A DNA stretch of 64,000 bases from Lama guanicoe (lineage: Eukaryota), in NCBI GenBank assembly GCA_013239625.1, contig MU054338.1, forward strand, positions 3,123,371-3,187,370, written 5' to 3'. A model generated the notes under the pieces. It did no database searches. It saw nothing but the letters and a program-made list of their open reading frames with translations, and was not told the DNA's origin. Positions 1 through 11,916 of this stretch are shown piece by piece. The position numbers were made by a program, and so were the translations under genes. Each line of letters begins with the position of its first letter. Position 1 is the first letter of the stretch.

Positions 1-262
1 ACAGAGAATACAGACTTGTGGTTACCAGGGGGGTAGAGGGTGGGAAGGGATAGACTGGGATTTCAAAATTGTAGAACAGATAAACAAGATTACACTGTAT
101 AGCACAGGGAAATATACACAAAATGTTATGATAACTCACAGAGAAAAAAATGTGACAATGAGTGTGTGTATGTCCATGAATGACTGAAAAATTGTGCTGA
201 ACACTGAAATTTGACACAACATTGTAAAATGATTATAAATCAATAAAAAATGTTAAAAAAAA
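1..262 (+). mobile_element. LINE-1 3' end (young, lineage-type), cut by the window edge
   Basis: L1 3'UTR motifs (GTGGTTACCAGGGG, TATAGCACAGGGAAATA, GACACAACATTGTAAA) ending in CAATAAAAAATGTTAAAAAAAA. Confidence 0.85.
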
Positions 263-679
263 TCACGAGTTAATTTTGTTTATTGTGCACTTGGTGTTTA
301 GCAGTCTCACCATGTGTGGTGCCACAGCATTCTCCGAACCCTTTGTAAGTGGTAGAGACTAGCATCGGCCACATTTCCCACATGAGGAAAGTGAAGCTCA
401 GAGAGGGAAAGTGTCTCATGCAAGGGCACACAGCAAGTGAATGGTAGAGTCAGATGTTTGGCCAGGAAGGGCTGAAAATCTCAGAGCACCACTACAACCC
501 ACCCATCCGATAGCTTCATCACACAGCTAGGAAGTTCTGTTTGCTGTGTGATGCCAGCATCTGGCGTGTAGTAGACACTCATTAAATGTTTGCTGGATGA
601 ACAAAATGAATCAGAGAGACCATCAGACAAACATTTAATTAGTGTCTACTACACTCCAGGTGCTATACCCTCCTCCTCA

Positions 680-1365
680 AAATGACTCTTAATACTTCAC
701 TGCTGACACCTAAATGTGTAAGGTTTTCCCACACACAAAGCAATTCTCACACACCAACTGGGTGTCCTGAATTCAACTCAGTTCTGACACAAGGAACCCC
801 GAGATATCATCAGATCCCACAAGCTAAGGACCCAGTCCTGCAGCACTGCCCCCACTTCAGATGCCAGTTGCAAGTCCAGGTCATTACCTGTGCATCTGAC
901 TGACTGGCTGTAAATTGGAGGCTCCCCTGATAATTTGCCAGAATGACTTACAGAACTCAGGAAAACAGTTTACTTACTAGATTATCCATTTATTATGAAA
1001 GAATACAACTCAGCAACAATCCGATGGAAGAGCTGCACAGAGCAAGGCATGGGGAAGGAGGTGGAGCTTCCATGCCCTCTCTAGGCGTCCCACCCTTCCA
1101 GGACCTCCATGCATTCATCAACCTGGATGCTCTCCAAACTCCATACTGTAGGGATTTTTGTGGAAGTTTCATTACATTGGCACAATTGATTAAATTATTG
1201 GCTATTGGATAACAAAAGACACCCATTTCATCTTTACAGCTCATATCACTTAGGAAATTCCAAGGTTTGTAGGAGTTCTGTGCCAGGAACAGAGAAAAAG
1301 ACCACATATATCTAAATCTATATCTGTATCTGTATCCATATCTATTATAAATTACAATATCACAC
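680..1365. mobile_element. Old ERV LTR, MER21-like
   Basis: CTGACACCTAAATGTGT...CAATTCTC...CTGGGTGTCCT...TTCAACTCAGTTCTGACAC resembles the MER21 consensus as recalled. Confidence 0.6.
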
Positions 1366-1559
1366 CACTCCAACAAGCTCTTCCAACAGTTTTCCTCTCT
1401 GCATCTCACCCCACTGTCCTCTTAGTATCCTTCCCCATGATCCCAAAGCCTTAGTGTGAACCTGTAACTCCCATCTCACAACCAATATGTTGATTGACTA
1501 AGTCCCTGGTCCTTAATTGCTCTTTGTCCTTTCAAATTCACCTGGCAAGATCCGACACA

Positions 1560-2400
1560 AAATGCAACTGTTACACCCATAAGAATTAAAAAAAAAAAAG
1601 CAAATGTTGTAGAGGATGCGGTGAAGTTGGATCCCTTGCATGCTGTTGGTGAGAATGTAAAATGGTACAGCCACCATGGAAAACAGTATGAATAGTATGT
1701 AGGTTCTTCAGAAAACAAAAAATAGAATTAACATATGATTCAGCAATCCCACTTCCAGGTACATATCCAAAAGAATTGAAAGCAGAGTCTCAAAGAGATA
1801 TTTTTACACTCATGTTCATAGCAGCGTTATTTACAATAGCCAAGAGGTAGAAGTAACCCAAATGTTCACTGATGGATGGGTGGATAAAGAAAATGTGGTC
1901 CCTCCATAAAATGGAATATTACTCAGCCTTTAAAATGAAGGAAATTCTGACATGTGCTACAGCATGGATGAATCTTGAAAACATTATGTTAAGTAAAATA
2001 AATCAGACACAAAACAACATATATGGGGGGGCATGGTATAGCTCATGGTAGAGCACATGCTTAGTGTGCTAGAGGTACCAGATTCAATCCCCGTTACTTC
2101 CATTAAAAAAAAAGAGAAAAGAACAAGTATTGTATGATTCCACTTACATGAGGTACCTATAATAGTCAAATTCCTAGAGACAGAAAGTAGATGAAAGGTT
2201 ACCAGGGACTGGGGTGGGGGGGCATGGGAAGCTTTTGCTTAATGGGGAGTTTTTGTTTGGGGTGAGGGAAAAGTTTTGGAAATTGTGGTGATGGCTGCAC
2301 AACATTTTGAATGTACTCAATGCCACTGAAATGTGCACTTACAGTGGTTAAAATGGAAAATCCTATGTTATATATATTTTACCACAATAAGCACACACAC
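1560..2400 (+). mobile_element. Old L1M 3' region interrupted by a SINE
   Basis: CATATGATTCAGCAATCCCACT, GGAATATTACTCAGCCTTAAAA, GCACAACATTTTGAATGTACT motifs. Confidence 0.85.
2025..2113 (+). mobile_element. tRNA-derived SINE (camelid Vic-1-like)
   Basis: GGTATAGCTCATGGTAGAGCACATGCTTAG...TTCAATCCCCG followed by an A tail. Confidence 0.85.
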
Positions 2401-2409
2401 AAACACAAA

Positions 2410-2820
2410 GTAATGGGATGTTATCTCCATGATTAGGCTATAAAAAAAGAAACCAGTGACTTCCACCTTGCTAGCAGACTTCTGTCTCCTGGGCTTACAT
2501 GCTTTAATGAAGCAATCCACTATGCTGAAGAAACCCACGGGGCAAGGAACTGAGGGCCACCTCTAGCTAACAGCCTTCTAGGAACTGAGTCCTGCCAAGA
2601 ACCACAGGAGCTTGGAAATGGATCCTTCCCCAGTCACATCATCAGATGAGACCACAGCCCTGCCCAACACCTTGAATTCAGTGAGAAAGGCTCTGAGGCA
2701 GAGCACCCAGCAAAGCCACACCCGGATATCTGACCCACAGACACTGTGAGATGATAAATATTGTTTTTTCAGCCACTAAGTTTTGGGTAGTTTGTTACAT
2801 AGCAATAGCTAAATAATATA
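2410..2820 (+). mobile_element. MaLR LTR (MLT1-type)
   Basis: Ends with AGCCACTAAGTTTTGGGTAGTTTGTTACATAGCAATAGCTAA, a typical MLT1 3' end. Confidence 0.8.
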
Positions 2821-3289
2821 TTACTACTACTACTACTATTATTATTAGCTTAAGTTTTATACACTGAATAAGGATGTGGACTTTAATAGACACACCCTTG
2901 AAGGGTGGAGTCCCTGCCTCCTGGTTAGATGCTTTCCTCATTCTGAACCTCAGTTTCTTCATCTATAAAATGGTTTTAATATGCACATAATGAGGATAAA
3001 ATGCAGGTAAAGTGCTTAGCGGAGGCCCTCCACATGAGAGTGGTCAGGTGCAGGGGCTCCTGTGATGAGGACGATGATTTAGAGGACAGGGACTGTCTCA
3101 TCTCTGCCTTGTCTGTTGTCACCCCCTCTGAACACAGGGTCTGAGGCTGGTGGGCTCTCAGCAACAGTTTCTTTGTTAATGCAAGATCTGTGCGTCTCTG
3201 TTCTGTCTGTACACCCTGTCTGCGGGTGGGGGAGTCTCTGCTAAGGGTCCCACGATTGCTCCCTGGCTCCATCCGTGACCCTGAATCTG

Positions 3290-3730
3290 CTGTGTCCGCC
3301 TTCGCGGATGACACGTCTATGGCGGGGGACCAAGGGCAACTGGGCTGCGGGGGCTGGGCCTGCGGAGAGCTGGGGGAAGGAGGCAGCTTGACTCGCTCTC
3401 TGGACCCCCCTCCTCGCCTCCGGCGAGCCTTGAGACCCTCACGCAGCCACTTCTCCCCGGCACTTGGCAGAGAGGACGCGCGGCAGGCGTTGCCTTGGCA
3501 ATGCTGGGATGCCCAGCAACAAGTCGGCGGCATGTGTCACGTGCCCAGCGCGGACCAACCCGAGTGCCCGCCTGGAAGCAGGTCAGTCTGGGCCAAAGTC
3601 CGCCTCCCCCACTCCTCCCTCCCGGGCGAGCTGCTCGGAGCTAATTACCGTAATTGCGGTGGGAGAGCACCCGAATGTGCGGGGTTGGGAGGGGAGGGGG
3701 GCTAGGGCTGGGGGCTGGGCAGGCCCCGAG
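3290..3730. promoter_or_regulatory. Orphan CpG-rich island, candidate enhancer or promoter
   Basis: High CpG density in unique sequence; X-box GTTGCCTTGGCAAT (3489-3502), GTCACGTG (3536-3543), palindrome AATTAC-C-GTAATT (3643-3655). Confidence 0.55.
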
Positions 3731-5900
3731 GGGCTGAGTGGGCAAGGCAAGAAAGCAGACCCCTCTTCCTCCAGCAGCCTCGCCTCTGCCTCCATAACCG
3801 CAATCAAAGCGCCCATTAAACACCTACTGTGTACACCTACTGTGGGGGAGGAGCGCTTGCGGTGGGGGTGGGGAACCCTAGCCTCCTGCTTGGGTATTTC
3901 TGGGTTTAGGAGCGCAAGTCAGATCAACGGATTTGATTCCTAAGGTTCTGGGTCTCAAAGGTTCTGTTCAATCGCTCTTGGGTGTATTGAATCACAGGCA
4001 CCCCCTCACCCCCTTTCCGCTGAGCGTCTGTTTCGTCCTGAACGAAAATACGGAAAATACGCCCTTGAAGGGAGCGAACAAAGACTCAGCTCTGGGCAGA
4101 AGAGTTCGAATTCTGTCTCTGCCATTTACTGCTGTGTGACGCTGGTTGAGTCTGTCAAACTCTCTGAGCCTCTGATTCCTCATCAGTTAAAAAACGAATA
4201 GGGAGATCCCAGTATCTATCCGTGGGAGTCGTATTTACTGACTGAATGTATGTGAGGTACGCAGTAGGCATTCAATAAAAAGAAGTTAACCATCACCACG
4301 GTCCCAGCTCTCAGGGGCTGTGAGATCTCCTGAGTGTCACTTAATGGCTCTGAACCCAGTTTCCTCCATGGGGACTGGATAAGGGCCCTCATGCCACGCT
4401 GGCGGCCACTGGGGTTTGTTTCTTCAAATAATTTTTTTCTAAGAGCCCAAATCTCAGATTTCACGTGATACGCCCATGCAGGCGTTTGAGTTTTCCATTC
4501 CTGTACTGGCTGATCTCTTAAATCCCTTCCAGTTCTTTGCTTCGTTCATTCTTTCATCCACAAACATTAACTGAGCACCTTCTGTGTACCGGGGCTTGCG
4601 GTGGCTCTGAATCCCCAGCCTCATCACACAGAGCACAGACCCAAGGACCACCTGAATCCCTGGCCGCAGGAAGGGCCCAGGATCTCAGTGGTCAGGGGGG
4701 TTGTCTGGCTTGCTTTCAGTTTCTTCAGGGCTTGTTCCGACCTCCAGGCCATCGCACCTGCTGTTCCCTCTGCCTGGAAGGCCTTTTCTGGGGACTGGCT
4801 CTTTCCTACCTTTCTGTCTCTGCACAAATGTCATAGCCGCAGAGGGGCCTCCCTGATACATGCACATCTTTTCTCTGCCTCAGCTGCAGATGTGCTCCCC
4901 TCCAGCACTGTGGCTGTTGGGAGTTCTGTTCCTGTCCACCCCCACCCCCCACCACTAGGACGAGCAGTCAGAGGAAGGACAGTTGGGAGGGAGCGTTGTA
5001 CTGGAAATTTTGTCAGTATTGCTTCTGAAACACGTCTGAAAGCTGAGAGAGGAGAACACGGCATTCATTCAGGGTCCTTTCGGGACTCAGGGCTGGAGAG
5101 GAAACCAGGTCTATAAGTCTGGGCTTTCCTCCTGGACTCTGAAGCCCAAGAGCCATCCTTCAGAGACTGGGGGCTGGTCCCACTCGGGACACAGGCACCA
5201 ACCAGAGAATGTGTCTACACGTGGGGACTCTGGATTCAAATGGCAGCTCTGTCCCCTTCTCTGTTATGTGTGTTTGGGCAGGTGTCTCGATCTCTCTGAA
5301 AAGCTAATAGCACCGAGCTTGGGATGTTATTCTGAGGATGAGGTGAGGTAGGGATTCCCCACCTAGCAGATGCTCAATAAATAGAAAATTGGTTTTGAAA
5401 ACAGGCAGGTACTGAGAGAAGTGCCTTTCAAGGGAGTGGCAGGATGCAATGGGGGAGACACCCAGCCCCAGCCAGCCACCCTCTCTTGGTGTGACTATAA
5501 AGCTAGCAATCTGACCTCTCTGGGCTTCCCTTCTCCCCTCACCTTTTAAACAGGTACAAAACTTCAAGTTCTGGCCCACTGGAGGGCTAAGGTATAAGAT
5601 CAGAGCAGACAATAACGTGAGAAGGGTTCTGGAAGGCCCAAACCTGGCACCCACAGCATCACTTACAAATATCTACTGGGGCCCAAGTTTTGCGAGACCT
5701 TGCGCTTGGTGCTAGGGCTGCAAGGAGCTATGGGAGAGCCAATATAGGAGTGGGACTTCTAGTCCTGGCTGGGCCCCGGACATACTGCGTGGGCTGGAGA
5801 AAGGTGCTTTCTCTCTCTGGGCCTCATCAAAATGAGTGATGGGGGGGTCTCTAGAATAGGAAGACCTACTTTCAGATTCCTCCTCTGCTCCTTTGGGCAA

Positions 5901-6046
5901 TTTTAGTTTTTTTCTTATTTTTTTTTTTAATTTTGGGGGGGAAGGTAATTAGGTTTATTTACTTATTTTTAGTGGAAGCACTGCGATTGAAGCTAGGACT
6001 TCGTGCGTGCTAAGCATGCGCTCTACCACTTAAGCTATACTCTCCC
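5901..6046 (-). mobile_element. tRNA-derived SINE (Vic-1-like, long form)
   Basis: Reverse complement of the SINE head plus the GGTAATTAGGTTTATTT tail. Confidence 0.85.
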
Positions 6047-6877
6047 ATAATTTTTTTATTCTTTAAAACAAAAAGCTGGTGTCACATCACAGCAGGGTGC
6101 ACTTGGGGGAACCTCCTTGCTTCTCTGAGCTCCAGTTTCCACATCTGAACAATGGGATTCAGTAACTATGCTGCCGCGTGGCTATGAGGAGTAAATGACA
6201 TCATTCGTTCATTCATTCACTCAAGAGCTATCAGTTCCAGGCACTGGGAAATACAGTGGGGATTAAAACGGGCAAAACCCTTGCCTTTATAAAGCTCTAA
6301 GCATATGGTTAATGACAGGTAAATAAGCATTAGTATCATCATAATCATCACACATACAGTGCTTCATTATGCACTTATTATACATGATGTGTACAGTACT
6401 TGGCATAAAATAGATGCTCAGGAAACACTAGGTCCTATTATTGCAATAGTTCCAGGACACTGGAAGATGCTCCCCTCTCTCACAGGGTCTGAAGTGTTAA
6501 ACTGCCTGGCCTTTGGGATGATTCTCACTCAGGAGGGGAGGGGGACTGAGACCTTCATTAGGGATTCCCTGGTGGCCTTAGGTGGGGAGGGCAACCTGTG
6601 TGTGGTCCTGTTTGTGTGCTTTGCCCCTTCTGGGTAAATGCCTCCATTAATCTCCCCCTGCCTGGGCTGGAGGGTCAGGTTTCGGGGCCCCAGGCAGATG
6701 TTGTCCAGAGTAGCCCTGTTTCCTTAATCCTCAGGGCTCCAGAAATTGTCCTTAGAAGAGAGAACAACAGGCCTGCTGAGGCCACCATCTGTGCAGTCCC
6801 GATTTGTAAATGCTCATGAGGGTGGCAGGAAGGGCTCTATAGTAACGGCTGAGGAAGGGGCTGTGTGTGTGAGCGCA

Positions 6878-6882
<5 letters not shown>

Positions 6883-6910
<28 letters not shown>
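6883..6910. repeat. (TG)n microsatellite
   Basis: About 14 uninterrupted TG units. Confidence 0.95.
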
Positions 6911-6912
<2 letters not shown>

Positions 6913-9900
6913 GGCAGGGGACAGAGAGGAAGAATCACCCCAGACCTTTAACCCTTATTTCTAAACCTTCATCTTTGCCATGATGAGCTATTAATTAACA
7001 CTCACTACTGGCTTATTATCCCCAGAGATAATTAGCTACTGTTCCTAACTCGAGTCTCATGGGGAACATTTTCTAAAGAGATTCATTCACTTCTGCCCAC
7101 CTGCACCTGCCTGGGATACAGGCAAATGTTGCAGATCCTGGGGACCCAGGGGGAGAAGACTGAACAAAGGGGACTCTCCATGAAGCTGAATTCCCAGCAA
7201 GATGACAAGGGCAGAGCTCGAATTAGCAAGGGCACAGTAAGTGATTTTTAAATGCCAGCTATGATGATTCTGGAAGGCAGAATGGAGCCTCCTAAATGGA
7301 GTGTTTGCAAGGAAAAGTCATCCCATCTGTTTAAATGGACCAGTCAGATCCAAAGGCAGGTAGAAAGGGGTAAGAGGAAGAAAGACTCTGCAGCCAGTGG
7401 TCCTGACTCCCAATGTGCCAAGTCCAGATCCTTCCCTGGCCTTTAAACATGCTGTTCCCCCTGCCAAGAATGCATTTCTTATAGCTTCACTCAGTTCACT
7501 CCTCCTTAGCCTTAGGTCTCAGTTTAGATAGTGGCACCTCCTCCAGGAAGCTCTCCTTGACTTACCCCTCCTTTCTCAACCTGGATGGGGACAGATGACC
7601 TCCCTAGGTTCCCACAGTGCCCCAAGTCTCCTCCATCACAGCTCTGTTCACTCAGAGCTGTCACAGTTTGGGACTGTCTGTCTCTCCTAATAGACATTTT
7701 GTCAAGGACTATGTCGTGTTCTTCTACAAGTACTATTAAGTGAAAAAAAGAGTACTTTACAAAGTGTGTGTAGAACGCTTCCTTATGTATTAAAAAGGAA
7801 GAGAAGACACTACAAACTTATTGGGTGGCTCAAAAAGAAATTGACAATACTGACAACACCGAGTGCTGACAAAGATGCCAGGCAATTGGAACTTCCATCC
7901 ATTGCTCGAAGAAATGCAGCATGGTGCGGCCACTCTGAGAAAAAGTTTGGCAGTTCCTTGGAAAGTCAAACGTACACTTACATGTGACCCAGTCATCCCA
8001 CTCCTAGGTATTTGCCCTAGAGAAATGAAAACGTGTTTTCCATGCAAACACCCGTACGTAAATATTTATAGCAGCTTTACTCATAACCTCCAAAACCTAG
8101 AGATGTCCCTGAACCCGCCTCACTATGGGAGGTTATCTTGTTCCATTATTTGTTTACTTGTTTATTCTCTTCTGCACTAAATGGAGGGCAAAAACCATAT
8201 CAGCTCGGTTCCCTGTTGCACTCCCAGTGCCTGACACATAGCAGATATTCAAAAAAATTCTGTGTGTGTGTATGTAGTAAATGAATACATGAAGTAGTCT
8301 TAGGGGTGCACAGATCTGGCCATGACTTTCTAGAATGTTGGAGGAGGAGGGGACTTAAGAAATCCTCTAAACAAACTCTTGTTGTAAGTAAGGGGGAGTG
8401 CAGACCCTGTGTGTAGTGCACACCCTTGTAGAAGTCAGTGAGGGAGGCAGATCTCAGAGCTGAAAGGAGAATTCTGGGGTCTGAGCCATCTTGCTATTAC
8501 GAAGTCCACCGCTCTGCAAAAGGGATGGAAAACAGGACAGTGAAATGCATTGTGCGATCCTGAATTGGATCTGGCTTGGGAAGAAATGCCATAAAGGACC
8601 GTACTGGGATGACTGGTGAAACTGGAATGTGGACTGTGGATTAGACAGCGGTGTTGTAACAACTTTAACTTCTTGGTTGCTATCATTGCATAATGGTTAC
8701 ATAGCAGACTTGATCTTGGGGAAAGCATGCTGAAGTATTTAGGAAAGAAGGGACAGTTGTGCTTGCAGTTTATATGATGAGACAGAGATAAAGATTTATG
8801 GAGAGAGAGAGAGAGCACAAATGTGGCCAAATGTTAATGACAGGTGGGTGAATCTAGGTAAAGATGATACGGGAGTTCATTGCACTATCCTTGCAACTTC
8901 TCTGTGGGTTTGAATTTCTTTAAAAAAAAAAAAAAGAAAATATTTTTTAAAAAAGAGAAGAACACATAAAACGAGGCAGCCACCCCCAGGCTGCATTGCT
9001 GTTTCTTCCTCTTCCTTTTGGAGCTGGCTCCCTGCTCCTCCTTTAAAGCTGTGAAGCCAGAACTGGTCTCCCACGTGGGAGGCAAAAGGGAAGAATTAAG
9101 CCAGAATGTTCTAGATGAGCTCACACAAGTCACGCAGCTGACAGTGAATTTGTTGTGTACCTACTATGTGTCAGAATTCCATATAGTTTCTGCACCCATC
9201 CTATGGGCTTGACTGAAATTTTCCCCAGTTATGGATGGAGTTAACCCTTGGTTTGGGCACTTTGTTGACAAATGCTAGGTGTCTTATCTGCTTCTCCTGA
9301 ATCCATGGGTGATCTGCAGACAGCTCACTTTATGAGCTCAAATTCCACAAAATGAGCAGCTCCTTCAAGGGATGTTCATACAAGGGAAATAGCAAGCCAG
9401 GATACAAATCCCTCTACTGTCACACATACTACATTTGAGTATAGTTACATCTTCATGTCTTCACTATCCCTAAAGGCAAGGTTGATTGCTGAATTCATGT
9501 ATGTGCCCCCGGTGCCTAATACAATGAAAGTTTGTTGAATAAATAAATGAATGGAATGTCTCTGAAAATAATAGCTACATCATTGGAAAACTTATCATGT
9601 TCGACATTATTTCTAGAGCCATGTCAAGATGCACTGGAACCTGAGGCAAAAGGGAAAAATCAGTAATGCTGATCCTGTCTTCCCTTAAATTTTGATATTT
9701 TGTTCATTGTAGTTTTTTGCGTTAATTTTGACTTCATAAAACATTGTATTGAAATATTATTGATCTTGATTACTGAGGGGGGGTTTTGTGGCCCCTTAAA
9801 ATTTGCATCTGAAGCTGATGCCTCTCTCACCCTAGTTCTATTTATTTCCAACATGCAATCTACACCAAATCACTAATTCCTCATCATAATGTTCTGAGAA

Positions 9901-10469
9901 GGTACTAGCATCATTGCCAGTTGAGGAAACTGAAGCACAAAGAGAGCTGATTATACCCAAAGACCCACAGCAAGGAGGAGAAAAATTGAATTTTAACTCA
10001 AGTTTGTGTGTTTTTTGGTTCAGAACTTGCGGAGCGAAGCACAACTAAGTTATGAGTTGGGTTTTGAGTCAAGGAATCAAAAGATCTAGGCTTGAGTATC
10101 ACCTCAGCCCCAGGCTCCTCTGAGCCCTCCAGTCCCACAGACCTCAGTGTCCTTATCTGTAACTGGACTTGAATATTCTGAACTCTGCCGTTTTTCCCCC
10201 ACCACAGTTTACTAGCTTTAGTAGTCATCCAGCAATAGCACAATCTGGGGATGGAGAGACGCAGGTACCGGCTAGGGTTCCTGATACTCCACGGAGCTCA
10301 GAGACCCAGGACGGTGTTGGACCGTGTGGGAGGACCCTGGAGAACACAATGAGGGTCCCCTCCCCCTCCAGAAAACCCCTGGCCCAGGTTTTGGGCAGAT
10401 GCCAGACTTTTATTCTGAAGCCGAGCCCACAACCTATGAGGTAATCTTTGGAGTTGCATTCGAGGCGGA

Positions 10470-10560
10470 GTCCCATTGGCCAGCTGGCGAAGCCCCTCCC
10501 CGGGTTCCCGGCGCCCCGCCTTCCCTGAAGCCCATAAAAGCACAGGTCCCTGCCTAGGCA
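10470..10560 (+). promoter_or_regulatory. Probable core promoter of the miR-7-3 host gene
   Basis: Reverse CCAAT (10475-10479), E-box CAGCTG (10481-10486), GC box CCCCGCC (10514-10520), TATA-like CATAAAAG (10533-10540), then donor CAG|GTGAGG at 10600/10601. Confidence 0.55.
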
Positions 10561-10990
10561 GCAACTGGACACCTGCATCTTCCGACAAGACTGGAAGCAG
10601 GTGAGGCACACAGGGGAAGGGCCAAAGCCGCGTGGGGGAGGGGTGGTCTGAGGCACCAGGATCCCCGTGGCTGGGGCTGGTTTACAGGTCAGCTCATGGA
10701 CATTTTCCGAGAAAGTGACAAAGATTGAGAAGTTTGACGGTCCGGAAAACAGACCAACAGCGCTGACTACCTAGGAGGTAAGTTCTGGGAACATGCCACG
10801 AGGTGGGGAGCAGGTTTGAGACCTAGTTACGACCTCTCCGTGTTTCCCCCGCCTAACCCTGGGAAGCGCACCTAGAAGAAGATTGGAGGGGAAAGAATTG
10901 TAGTGGAGGGGGGTTCCCAAGAGACTGAAGAACAGAGAACGGAGGGGACTGGGGTGAGCTGGGGAAGAGAGGTAAGCAAATCAAGTTTTC

Positions 10991-11186
10991 TTCAGCACCA
11001 AGGCGGAGAACAGTTCTCCGATGACCACGAAAGGAAATTGCTATTTATTTCAGCACCCAGACTATGGACAGCGCCCCTCGGGGTCCAGGAAGGGAACCGC
11101 GATCTGCTTCAGCGCCAGGGCTCCGGACAGCTCCTGAGGGTTCTCGGAGCCGACTTCATTTCAGAACCAGGACAATGGACAGCTTC
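10991..11186 (+). promoter_or_regulatory. Array of four non-canonical RE1/NRSE (REST)-like elements
   Basis: TTCAGCACC-N8-GAACAGTTCT, TTCAGCACC-N8-GGACAGCGCC, TTCAGCGCC-N8-GGACAGCTCC, TTCAGAACC-N8-GGACAGCTTC. Confidence 0.75.
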
Positions 11187-11806
11187 CCTGGTACCGGGAA
11201 GTCCTTGCACCCTGATGGGGGAACACAAGGTGGTCTGAAGTGTCTGACGTTTCTGGAGACTGCCCCTCACTTAATGGATTTTTCAACGAATTATTTTCCA
11301 GATAAGCAGGTGAGGTGAAACCACACACAGAAATCCGTAATTTTCATCAGGTGAGATGGCCACTAGGTAGGACTGTGGGGGAACAGTTGCCTGCCAAGAT
11401 GATATATCTGTGCTCTTTCCAAACTTCTGTGAGAAGCATTGTGCTAAACATTTTACCTACATTATATCATGTCATCTTCAGCCCTAAGACATGCTTGTTA
11501 TTATACCCAGGTGACAGTTGAGGAAACTGAGACCCAGAGAGGGGCATATAACTAGCCTAAGAGGTTTCAGCTCTAAAGTGAAGCTGCAAGTCAAGCCCGC
11601 CACTGTCCAACTCCAAATCCCATGTTTTTGACATAGCTGGGTGGGAGCTGGGCCCTTGGAGATCAGACCCTGTCTCTCTCCAGGAGGACCAGGAACAGAA
11701 AATAGGAGGCAGTGGAGAAGCAGGAAGCCCAGTTGTTATGGCTTAGCTCGGGTGAGGGGAAAGAGCTGGTCAGGGCTCTCAGACAGGGAAAAGAGGGTAG
11801 CAAAGA

Positions 11807-11916
11807 AGACTGGAGCGGTTGTGGTCTAGTGCTGTGTGGAAGACTAGTGATTTTGTTGTTCTGATATACTATGACAACAAGTCACAGCTTCCTCATAGCG
11901 TGGACTCCCGTCAACC
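11807..11916 (+). ncRNA. MIR7-3: pre-miR-7-3; mature miR-7-5p at 11837-11860
   Basis: Exact mature sequence TGGAAGACTAGTGATTTTGTTGTT; flanks GTGGTCTAGTGCTGTG and GACAACAAGTCACAGC typical of the -3 paralogue; complementary 3p arm; lies upstream of FEM1A. Confidence 0.97.

Noticed and set aside
2976..3943. Overlapping 150-185 aa ORFs here and in the CpG islands at 21 kb and 52 kb
   Set aside because: Expected from stop-codon depletion in GC-rich DNA; no homology recognised
10991..11186. CRISPR-like repeat-spacer reading of the four-unit array
   Set aside because: Mammalian DNA, degenerate repeats and no cas genes; the motifs match REST half-sites
11203..11226. Possible fifth RE1 unit (CCTTGCACC-N8-GGAACAC)
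   Set aside because: Both halves are too degenerate to support
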